DNA from: a virus
Taxonomy: Duplodnaviria; Caudoviricetes
Virus record (IMG/VR): IMGVR_UViG_3300013383_000031
Coordinates: 7,550 to 71,549 of that record
Length of the DNA: 64,000 nucleotides
Direction: 5' to 3' (one strand)
Made by a program: the position numbers and the translations under genes. Shown here piece by piece: positions 47,409 to 55,938 of the stretch. Each line of letters opens with the position of its first letter. Position 1 is the stretch's first letter. Below the pieces are notes generated by a model. That model searched no databases. It had not been told where the DNA came from and saw nothing but the letters and a program-made list of their open reading frames with translations.

Positions 47409-48350
47409 ATGAGGTATATTTTATGGTCTGGTGGGCTAGATAGTACATACCTACTATGTAAACTAGCCAGAGAAAGTGATGAGCCGATTCAACCAATTTA
47501 TGTTTTGTTCCCTGAAACAGTGAATAGAGGTGCCGCAGACAAAGAAATAGAAGCACAGGACAACCTATTACCATTTATACGTTCAGAACATGGAATTAGA
47601 GCTGAAATACTGAAACCTATTAGAATTAAAGAGGATGACTTACCATATAGAGAAGGGTTCGAGGAGGCGTATGATAGACAGCAAAACGAGCCACTAGTAG
47701 CAAAACATTATATGTATCGAGCACTTGGCAAATTGACAGACAAATATCCAGGCATCATGATTGGTATTGAGGCTCCTCCCCCAGGACGTTTTGCAAACGG
47801 TATCGGTCGTACTGAAACAGCGTTAAATGAATACGGTATACACATACAGGACGATGGCACTCTCACACGAGACGAAAACGGAAATAAAGATATGTTTACT
47901 ATTTTCGGTGGACTTAAGTTCTGTATAGCACACACAAATGCTATCGAGGAATTAGAAGCACTGAAAAAGTGGGGATACGAAGATTTGATTCCATTAATGA
48001 GAACGTGTTGTACAGCATTACCACAGCAATGTGGAGTATGCTCTAACTGTGAAATTAAGATGTTGTATGGTGACACGTTTAAAACAATAATGCCAAGAGC
48101 GTACGTGAATTATCAAGTCAAACAGTATCTTAAGAGTGTTGACGAGCAATACGCTAATTATTTTACACTTTTCGTATGGGGGCAGTACCATTTACCGACT
48201 GGTTCTATTACTACTAACGCTAGCGGAACTAGTCATAAAATATTTTTATCAAACGAAAAGGTTGGTAAACTAGAAGGTTGGTTTAATGCTTTATTAGATA
48301 GCTACCCCAATTTTGATAAAGTCGATAGAGCCAAGTATGGAATAGAATAG
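47409..48350 (+). CDS. QueC-like PP-loop ATPase
   Basis: WSGGLDST PP-loop; Zn-site-like TCC...CGVCSNC; about 95-aa C-terminal extension. Confidence 0.75.
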   Translation: MRYILWSGGLDSTYLLCKLARESDEPIQPIYVLFPETVNRGAADKEIEAQDNLLPFIRSEHGIRAEILKPIRIKEDDLPYREGFEEAYDRQQNEPLVAKHYMYRALGKLTDKYPGIMIGIEAPPPGRFANGIGRTETALNEYGIHIQDDGTLTRDENGNKDMFTIFGGLKFCIAHTNAIEELEALKKWGYEDLIPLMRTCCTALPQQCGVCSNCEIKMLYGDTFKTIMPRAYVNYQVKQYLKSVDEQYANYFTLFVWGQYHLPTGSITTNASGTSHKIFLSNEKVGKLEGWFNALLDSYPNFDKVDRAKYGIE

Positions 48351-48358
48351 GAGGTCAC

Positions 48359-49363
48359 ATGTATCCAGTAATAGATTTAAATATAGTGGACGAAAAAACG
48401 TCAAGGTACGTTAGGACACATAACAAAGCCATAAGCCAGACGGAAAATGAACTTAATAAACTATATGGCGGATGGCGAACAATACTATGTAATAGTGGAA
48501 TGGAAGCAATTACAACCACGTTAGATTTACTCAACCCATCTACTGTAGTAGTTGACGATTCCACCTATTTCGAGACACGTGATTGGTTACACTACAAAAA
48601 CATTCATACTGTGCAACTAAAAGATTGTAATAATCTTGATGAACTAGATAAAGTGATAGAGAACGCAATCAAACCAGTGTTAGTTATTATCGACAACCCA
48701 ACAACATTTGGTCAATGGTATAGCGTGAAAGCAATCGCTGAATTAGTACACAAACACGGAGGATTGCTTGCAGTAGACAACTCAATTGTTTCGTTATATT
48801 ATTCAAACCCTATTCGTTATGGTGCAGACATATGTGTTGAATCTTATTCTAAATATGTGTGTGGGTACGGCGACGTGATGGCTGGTGGTATCTGTTTTGC
48901 AGATAGTATGAAATGGCTTGAGCAGAAGGACGTACCGCTAGTTAATCCTGGACAAGATAATTTAAGCTGGGTTATTGCTCACAGAGGTAATCATGTAGAC
49001 CCACAAAAAGCCTATATGGTTAGTCGAGGTTTACAAACATTAGAAACACGTATGAGACAGCATACTAAAAGTGCTGGTATTATCTACGATAAACTTCAGG
49101 AATTACAGGTGCCATGTACATGGGCACAAGTGGGGGGTTTAATTACTTTACCAGGTAAGACTGAAGAATTTTGTACACGTTTAAAGCTCTTTAAAACAGT
49201 GGGAACGTTTGGGTGTACGTACTCTATTGCTGATTTCTTCCGTAGTAAAGAACGATATACCGTCGGATATTGTGCCAGACTGTCAATCGGTCTTGAAGAT
49301 TCAGATGAACTACTAAACGACGTACTAAATGCATTGTCACAGGACGGAGGTAAACATGTATAG
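48359..49363 (+). CDS. PLP-dependent Cys/Met metabolism enzyme (cystathionine gamma-lyase/synthase family)
   Basis: SGMEAI, AVDNS, ESYSKY (PLP Lys) ...GYGDVMAG, RGLQTL..RM..H, RLSIGLED. Confidence 0.92.
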   Translation: MYPVIDLNIVDEKTSRYVRTHNKAISQTENELNKLYGGWRTILCNSGMEAITTTLDLLNPSTVVVDDSTYFETRDWLHYKNIHTVQLKDCNNLDELDKVIENAIKPVLVIIDNPTTFGQWYSVKAIAELVHKHGGLLAVDNSIVSLYYSNPIRYGADICVESYSKYVCGYGDVMAGGICFADSMKWLEQKDVPLVNPGQDNLSWVIAHRGNHVDPQKAYMVSRGLQTLETRMRQHTKSAGIIYDKLQELQVPCTWAQVGGLITLPGKTEEFCTRLKLFKTVGTFGCTYSIADFFRSKERYTVGYCARLSIGLEDSDELLNDVLNALSQDGGKHV

Positions 49364-50531
49364 AAATATATTCATAGCGATTATATTCGCTGTAGTTATT
49401 GGATTAGTATTTGGAGACATTACTTGGATACAATATCCTCTTGCGGAATTGAGTACTATGTTTACTTCACTGCTAAAGATGTGTGTTGTTCCGTTGGCTT
49501 TCACTTCTATCGCAGCAGCTATACTAGATAAAGGTGGTACGGCTAACATGTCTACTAAAATAGGTACAATGATAGTGGGACTTAGTATTATCGGTGCTAT
49601 CATTGGCATGCTTGTCGTTTGGTTCATTGGTGTTCCTTCGTTTACTTTAGTTGCTACCACAGCTGTAGAGGTTAAAGCTCCAACAATTTTGGCATTTATC
49701 AATAGTTGTATCCCAACCAACGTACTACAGTCTCTTGTGACTGGTAATATGTTACAAATCATTGTGTTATCCGTCATCGTCGGAGTAATCGGACGAGCTA
49801 GTCCGTTCGCTGAACATATTTTACACGGTATGCAGGTGATTCAGTATATCTTCCTTAATGCCGCCAAGTATGTGATGTGGTTTGCCCCAGTTGGAGTATT
49901 TTCCTTATTATACCCTATGGTAGCTAAATTAGGTGCTGGAGTATTGATTAGTTACGTATATATGTTTGGTACACTTATTGTTGGTATGGTACTGTTTACT
50001 TTAGTTATATCTCTACCGTTTATGTATTATCATAAAGTTGATGGAGTACAGTTTCTAAAAATCTTTATCCTACCAGATATCGCCAACGCTATCGCAGGTG
50101 GTTCTACGAACACCATGGGTGTCCGTATGGATTATATGAGAGAACACACCAATATTTCACATCAAGTGATTGATTACGTCACTCCATTTGTGTCTGTATT
50201 AATGCGTTTAGGTTCGTGTATTTGTGTAAGTATTTATACTCTATATGCGGCTAGTATCTTTGGCGTCACATTGTCTCCATGGGCAATTCTTGTGGTTATT
50301 TTATTAACACCAGTAGTACTGACTTGTGCCCCTGGAATTATTGGTGGAACCCTGATGGATTGTGCAATCGTATTCGCTGCCGTTGGCATTCCGTTGGAGG
50401 CCGTTACATTTTTGTTTGCGACTGATTATGTGATGGACGTTCTCCGTACAGTCTTAAATGTACAGGGAGGCGAAATGGTTACCGCTTGTATAGGAGCTAA
50501 AAATGAGACTATTCATAATACTGGGGCGTGA
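49356..50531 (+). CDS. Dicarboxylate/amino acid:cation symporter (DAACS/SDF) family transporter
   Basis: FTSLLKMCVVPL, IPTN...NMLQII, FAPVGVF, DYVMDVLRTVLNV; start MYRN with SD GGAGG. Confidence 0.9.
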   Translation: MYRNIFIAIIFAVVIGLVFGDITWIQYPLAELSTMFTSLLKMCVVPLAFTSIAAAILDKGGTANMSTKIGTMIVGLSIIGAIIGMLVVWFIGVPSFTLVATTAVEVKAPTILAFINSCIPTNVLQSLVTGNMLQIIVLSVIVGVIGRASPFAEHILHGMQVIQYIFLNAAKYVMWFAPVGVFSLLYPMVAKLGAGVLISYVYMFGTLIVGMVLFTLVISLPFMYYHKVDGVQFLKIFILPDIANAIAGGSTNTMGVRMDYMREHTNISHQVIDYVTPFVSVLMRLGSCICVSIYTLYAASIFGVTLSPWAILVVILLTPVVLTCAPGIIGGTLMDCAIVFAAVGIPLEAVTFLFATDYVMDVLRTVLNVQGGEMVTACIGAKNETIHNTGA

Positions 50532-51438
50532 TTGTAACCTACAATGTACGTACTGCTGTCAGCGACAGATAATTAACCAGCAGATTCCTAGACATATTAG
50601 TACTAAGTTTTGGAACTACTTCTATTCACTACCACCTAAAACACGAGTAACTTTTTTTGGTGGAGAACCTTTATTGTATTTTGGGGCTATTAAAGAAATT
50701 ATGTCTCACCGTTCAGACTTACATTACGGCGTTATCACGAATGGTAAGTTACTCGATGAAGAAAAAGTTACATACTTCAATACTTACAATGTTGGAGTTA
50801 CAATTTCGTGGGACGGCGATATTAGCACAAAGACTCGTGGATATAATGCATTACGAGACAACCCTAACATCAAAGACCTGAACAACTTAGGCATTTCAGC
50901 TGTATTAACAAAATGGAACTCTATAGCTAGTGTGATTCATGGAGTTAATAAATATTTACCAGGCAAAAACTGCTCTTTAAATTTTGATTTTCCGTTGAAT
51001 TTTACAGACAAAGATTTCGAATATGAACAACTCAATACGAGTCGTATTTATAATACAATGTGTAGAGTAACAGATAGAGTAATTCATTTTAGAAGTACAC
51101 CATGTGAAAGAGCTTTATTAGCATTGGTACAAAAACAAGTACATAACAGTAATCAAATAGGGAATAAGTGTGGAAACGGTACAACCGTTATTAACATTGA
51201 TTTAGAAGGTCGTTTATATAATTGTCACAATGAAAATTTCCCAGCTGATTATACTAAAGCTTGGGATAAAACCATTCGTAGGCAGAACGATATGTGTACA
51301 CACTGTGAAATTCAAGGTATTTGTCGTGGGGGATGTTCGCTAGTGTCTGATAAAAACACAAAGAAACAATGCCAAAACAAAATAGCATTTTACGAGGGAG
51401 TAGTTATTTCTTTACTTCGCCACTATGGAGGTGTATAA
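50503..51438 (+). CDS. Radical SAM protein with SPASM domain
   Basis: CNLQCTYC, FFGGEPLL, ITNG, ISWDG; SPASM C...G..YNC...CTHC...CRGGC...C; no N-terminal RRE/PqqD domain. Confidence 0.93.
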   Translation: MRLFIILGRDCNLQCTYCCQRQIINQQIPRHISTKFWNYFYSLPPKTRVTFFGGEPLLYFGAIKEIMSHRSDLHYGVITNGKLLDEEKVTYFNTYNVGVTISWDGDISTKTRGYNALRDNPNIKDLNNLGISAVLTKWNSIASVIHGVNKYLPGKNCSLNFDFPLNFTDKDFEYEQLNTSRIYNTMCRVTDRVIHFRSTPCERALLALVQKQVHNSNQIGNKCGNGTTVINIDLEGRLYNCHNENFPADYTKAWDKTIRRQNDMCTHCEIQGICRGGCSLVSDKNTKKQCQNKIAFYEGVVISLLRHYGGV

Positions 51439-51893
51439 TGCTTCGACATAACTGTGATAATGCAACACCACTAGTACCAGTAATTGATATAGTTATTAAT
51501 CAAGGAGCTGACTTCGATATTCAGTTTGAGTTATTGGAAGAAAGCACTACAACTACAACATCTGATACAACTACAGACGGTTCTCAAAATGACGATAACT
51601 ATATCCCTATTGATATTAGTAATTATAAATTCTTTGCTAGTATTAAAGCTTCTGCCGAGGATACCACGGTAATTGCTCAAATGCATCAGGTAGATGTAGA
51701 CCCCAAAAATGGTATTGTAAACCTATCATTGTCAGCAGATGAGACGTCTGCTATTGACACTGGAGGTAACACATATAGAGAATGGGAAGAACTCTACTGG
51801 GATGTAAATATGTACGATGGTCATGATGTCACTCGTATCTGTAACGGTAGAGCTTTTGTATCCCCTGGTATTTCACAAGGAGGTAACCAGTGA
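51438..51893 (+). CDS. Tail-associated BppU-like/Ig-like protein
   Basis: INQGADFDIQF...FASIK...GIVNLSLSADETS...YWDV...RICNG..FVSPGI; SD GGAGGTG. Confidence 0.6.
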   Translation: MLRHNCDNATPLVPVIDIVINQGADFDIQFELLEESTTTTTSDTTTDGSQNDDNYIPIDISNYKFFASIKASAEDTTVIAQMHQVDVDPKNGIVNLSLSADETSAIDTGGNTYREWEELYWDVNMYDGHDVTRICNGRAFVSPGISQGGNQ

Positions 51894-54800
51894 AAAATAT
51901 AACTGTTGCAAGTACCCCCGTGAAAGTTACATTAAGATTTGGGCAAAAAGGGGAACGTGGTATTGGCGTTTCTAGTGTATCCCTTGATGATAATGCCCAT
52001 CTTATTGTAACATTTGACGACGGGAAAACGCAAGACGCAGGTGCTGTACTTGGTGATGTAACTTCTATTAAGAATGATATTAACTCGACTTACGAAAAGA
52101 TTCAAGCGTCTGAAAAGAATGTTACAACACTTGAAGCATCCACTAAAACAAATGCAGATAAAGCGCAACAAGCTTTACAAGATACCAAAGCCGCCAGTGC
52201 ATCTGGTATAACTACTATTAATGATTTAGTCACCACTAAAGTCACATACTTAAACACTACTTTTACTTCTTTATTAACTCAAGCAAAAGCTAATATAGAC
52301 CAGTGGGAACGTGATGCAGAAGACGCTATCCATAAGGCAGGAGAATATGAACTTGGACGATTAAACACTAATTATCAAGACGCTATGGTTGACATTGATA
52401 ATAGTGTTAATAAAGCAGAAGCTTGGGCGGTATCAGAGCGTACTCCAGACAGAGAACCAGATAGGGATTCCCCCACTGGATTAACTCAATCTTCTCGTAC
52501 TTGGGCTTTATATTCTAAACAAAAGGTACAAGAAGCAACTGATACGTTGAAAAATATGGAGTTACATGAACAAAACGTATCTGATATGAAAGATAGTGTC
52601 ACAAGATTACTGCAACAGACACAGACCTCTGAAGCTAATGCCAAAAGTTACATGGATAGTGCAAAGGCATCTCAAGACGCAGCTGCAACATCTGCCACAG
52701 CAGCAGCCGATTCAGCTACTAGCGCAGCAGCGGATGCAAAAGAAGCAACAACTATTCGTGCCGACATTAAAAATCAACTTAATAAATTAAAAAACCCTGT
52801 GATTCAGATTACAGGGAAAGATACTGGTGGTTTACATCTTTACTTTTTAGACGAAACCACTAAGGATATTACTCTTGCTGAAATGGGGGCAGACACATCA
52901 ACTGAAGTATCCAACAAAGTATCCGATGCTTTAACAACTGCTAAAGCTTACGCAGACAAAAAAGTATCTGATTTAGTTGGTGGTGCTCCTGAAGCCTTGG
53001 ATACTTTAAAAGAACTAGCTGATGCGTTAGGAAACGATGCTAATATGGCAGCTACAGTTACTAAGAAAATTAGTGACCTTTCGACAGCTCTTACACAAGA
53101 GACTACTGACCGTAAAGCAGGAGATACTGACATCTCTAATACTTTACAAACTCAAACGTCTACGTTAAAACAAGCTGATACAGATTTAGGTAACAAGATT
53201 ACGGCTGAGGCGAAGAGTAGAACCGACGGCGATGCTGCAACATTAACTAGTGCTAAAGAGTATACAGACACTCAAATCACAGCGGCAAATAAAACTATAA
53301 CTAATTACGTTGACAATTCCCAAAGTATATTCTTTGTTGACAGCGATGTATTGAGTAATAATACGATTCCTCTCTCTAGTGTAGATACCAACAATAGAGC
53401 GGTTAAAGTTGGCGATACTATTATCGACAATAAACACGATAGATATTTTGTGACTAAAGTAACTCCTGCATCTGGTACTGAAGGGCAAGATGGATATGTA
53501 GCAGCTTCTATTACGGTTGGTAGTGCAAGGGGAACTAATAATATTGCCAATAAGACAGATATGCAAGCTGCTTTAGATAAAAAAGTGTCGTTATCTGGGG
53601 ATACTATGACGGGTACCTTAGTTGCTCCTGTGGTACAAACTGGTACAGCTGATACAAATTATTTTCAGACAAAACGACTACGTGGGGAGGGTAATGCAAC
53701 TCAATTATATCACGCTATTGATTTTGGGTATAGTGACCATAACCAAGTAGATTTTTACGAATATGGTGCTGTATGGAATTTTCACCAAGTAGATTCAGAT
53801 AACAATGCCACACTGGTAGGTGCCATTAAAGCTGACGGTTGGCACGGTAATGTTATTGGTAATGCGGACACAGCCACTAAATTGTCTTGTAATGATACTG
53901 GGGGCGAGAATACCCCTGTGTACTGGAAAGACGGTTTACCAGTCGCTTGTAGTTTAAGTAATTATGCTACTACCGATAATATGACCACAGAATTAGCAAA
54001 GAAAGTAGACAAGGAGGGATATATTGCCTATTCTCAAGACGAAAAGGATAAACTAGCAGGCGTTGAAACGGGTGCAAACAACTACACTCTTCCGATTGCT
54101 ACTTCTTCTGCACTGGGTGGTGTTAAAGGTGGTAGTAACGTAGCTATCTCCGCCGCTGGTGTAATGTCTGTTGACCTCTCCGCTTATCAGACAACTGCAG
54201 ATGCTGACGAGAAATATTACACGAAAGATTCTGCAACCACTGACCTCGCTAAGAAAGTTGACAAAGTAACTGGTAAAGGTTTGTCTACTGAAGATTATAC
54301 AACCGCAGAAAAAACTAAGTTGGCTGGGATTGCTGAAGGTGCCAACAATTACACACTACCTGTAGCTACTGATAAAGTATTAGGTGGTGTAAAAGTAGGT
54401 TCTGGCATTACAATTGATAAAGACGGTGCGATTTCTGCCACATCTGTTACAGTAGATAGTACTTTATCTGATGATAGTACTAACCCAGTACAAAATAAGG
54501 TTATTAAATCTGCTTTAGACTCGATGCAAACAGCTATTAATGCTCTAACTACTCAGTATGTATCTCCTGTGTACTACTCAAGAAATGCACAATGGCAAGC
54601 TGCTAAAACAACAATTACCGTACCATCTTACGTAGGTGTTGCAATAGGTAATCAAGTATATACATCTAGTGGTGCACAAGCGTTAGACATTACTCAAGCA
54701 GATAGTTGGGATACGGATGGTGTAGTTACTAGTAGAGCAGGTCAAGATTTCTATATTTATGCTTGCCAGCCTACAACAGGGACTGTGCCTAAATTTATCG

Positions 54801-55594
54801 TATCTGCGAATAGCACTGTCCCAACAGGGTATACGGCTGATAATTCTAGGAAAATAGGCGGTTTCCATTGCGAATGTGCTGATATTGGTACGATTAGTGG
54901 ACATCCTTTGTCGGGATATGTTGCAGGGGATATTCTTCCTGCCAGTGTGTGGGACTTGAAACATAGACCAATTTCCTCACCTGAAGGTATGGTCTTTGAT
55001 GGCAGACGATGGATTGATATTTACATTGCGTCGTGGGACGGTTCAAAACTCGTATCTAAGTACGGTGGCGTAATGGCTGATGGCGAAAGTACACCTAAAT
55101 GGCATGGGGAAAAGTTTGAAGAAGAATTTGCTAATATTGGTAAACACTTACTTTCTCGAAGTGATTTTATGCACTGTATGAAAGGAACTCCAGAAGGTAC
55201 GAATATATCTGGTAGTAAAGATGCTAATACTACTGGTGGGCATAGTGATACTAACAGTAGGCGCATCGTAAGTAATTACGGTGTAGAAGACTGTACTGGT
55301 GTCATGTGGCAATGGGGAAGCGATTTATTTGAAGCAATGACAACGTCGCATTCGGGTTCTAATCAATATAATGATGGGTACTCGTGGTCAAATCTTTCTG
55401 TTTATAACTCGGATGTTGACGATAAGTCTTACGGCTCGTGCCTTGGCTTTTTGCGTCGGGTTCGCTTCGGCGGGCGGTGGGGCGATGGTTCGGGTTGCGG
55501 TTCGCGTGGTGCGTTTTGCAACGGTTTCTCGGCTGGCCGCTATGGCCACATCGCTGGGCGGGGTGCGTCCGAGCCGTTAGCCGTAGAGCTTTGA
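51890..55594 (+). CDS. Tail fibre/receptor-binding protein with C-terminal Mtd-like C-type-lectin domain; DGR target
   Basis: Coiled-coil shaft, GAPEALDTLKELADAL, duplicated KVDK...KLAG...GANNYTLP.AT...LGGVK repeat; GDILPASVWDL/PEGMV/WIDIY Mtd-like motifs; VR at the 3' end. Confidence 0.92.
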   Translation: MKNITVASTPVKVTLRFGQKGERGIGVSSVSLDDNAHLIVTFDDGKTQDAGAVLGDVTSIKNDINSTYEKIQASEKNVTTLEASTKTNADKAQQALQDTKAASASGITTINDLVTTKVTYLNTTFTSLLTQAKANIDQWERDAEDAIHKAGEYELGRLNTNYQDAMVDIDNSVNKAEAWAVSERTPDREPDRDSPTGLTQSSRTWALYSKQKVQEATDTLKNMELHEQNVSDMKDSVTRLLQQTQTSEANAKSYMDSAKASQDAAATSATAAADSATSAAADAKEATTIRADIKNQLNKLKNPVIQITGKDTGGLHLYFLDETTKDITLAEMGADTSTEVSNKVSDALTTAKAYADKKVSDLVGGAPEALDTLKELADALGNDANMAATVTKKISDLSTALTQETTDRKAGDTDISNTLQTQTSTLKQADTDLGNKITAEAKSRTDGDAATLTSAKEYTDTQITAANKTITNYVDNSQSIFFVDSDVLSNNTIPLSSVDTNNRAVKVGDTIIDNKHDRYFVTKVTPASGTEGQDGYVAASITVGSARGTNNIANKTDMQAALDKKVSLSGDTMTGTLVAPVVQTGTADTNYFQTKRLRGEGNATQLYHAIDFGYSDHNQVDFYEYGAVWNFHQVDSDNNATLVGAIKADGWHGNVIGNADTATKLSCNDTGGENTPVYWKDGLPVACSLSNYATTDNMTTELAKKVDKEGYIAYSQDEKDKLAGVETGANNYTLPIATSSALGGVKGGSNVAISAAGVMSVDLSAYQTTADADEKYYTKDSATTDLAKKVDKVTGKGLSTEDYTTAEKTKLAGIAEGANNYTLPVATDKVLGGVKVGSGITIDKDGAISATSVTVDSTLSDDSTNPVQNKVIKSALDSMQTAINALTTQYVSPVYYSRNAQWQAAKTTITVPSYVGVAIGNQVYTSSGAQALDITQADSWDTDGVVTSRAGQDFYIYACQPTTGTVPKFIVSANSTVPTGYTADNSRKIGGFHCECADIGTISGHPLSGYVAGDILPASVWDLKHRPISSPEGMVFDGRRWIDIYIASWDGSKLVSKYGGVMADGESTPKWHGEKFEEEFANIGKHLLSRSDFMHCMKGTPEGTNISGSKDANTTGGHSDTNSRRIVSNYGVEDCTGVMWQWGSDLFEAMTTSHSGSNQYNDGYSWSNLSVYNSDVDDKSYGSCLGFLRRVRFGGRWGDGSGCGSRGAFCNGFSAGRYGHIAGRGASEPLAVEL
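55434..55572 (+). repeat. DGR variable repeat (VR)
   Basis: Aligns to TR at +214 nt; in the 128-nt core (55445-55572) there are 29 mismatches, 26 of them at TR adenines. Confidence 0.97.
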
Positions 55595-55647
55595 TTAAAT
55601 ATACGTAATATATTTGTAATGTTTTTATATTGGCATATAGACGATAA

Positions 55648-55786
55648 GCTCGTGCAATGGCTTTTTGCGTCAGGTTCTATTCAGCAGTAAGTGGGACAAT
55701 AGTTCGAATTGCAGTTCACGTTGTGCGAATTGCAACAATTTCTCAGCTAACCGCAATGGCAACATCACTGGACGAGGTACGTCCGA
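55648..55786 (+). ncRNA. DGR template repeat (TR)
   Basis: AAT/AAC-rich copy of the VR located between the target gene and the RT. Confidence 0.97.
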
Positions 55787-55938
55787 TACGTGGGAAATAT
55801 CATGGTTATCCGTGCCTAAATTCCTAACGGCTGGTCTATGTGCCATGGTGATAATAAACCAAAATACACAACGGAATAAAGAGACGGCTAGTAAAAATAT
55901 TGAACGTCATCTCTTTAAATTTATTTTTTAGAGGTTAT

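Noticed and set aside
47409-51438. 7-deazaguanine (QueC/QueE) DNA-modification pathway
   Set aside because: The rSAM has a SPASM domain and is not QueE-like. There is no FolE, QueD or DpdA in the window, and the context is tail genes rather than replication.
55665-55931. 88-aa ORF upstream of the RT as Avd
   Set aside because: It is simply the TR read in the VR frame (Asn/Ser/Cys-rich), has no SD, and is not helical Avd-like.
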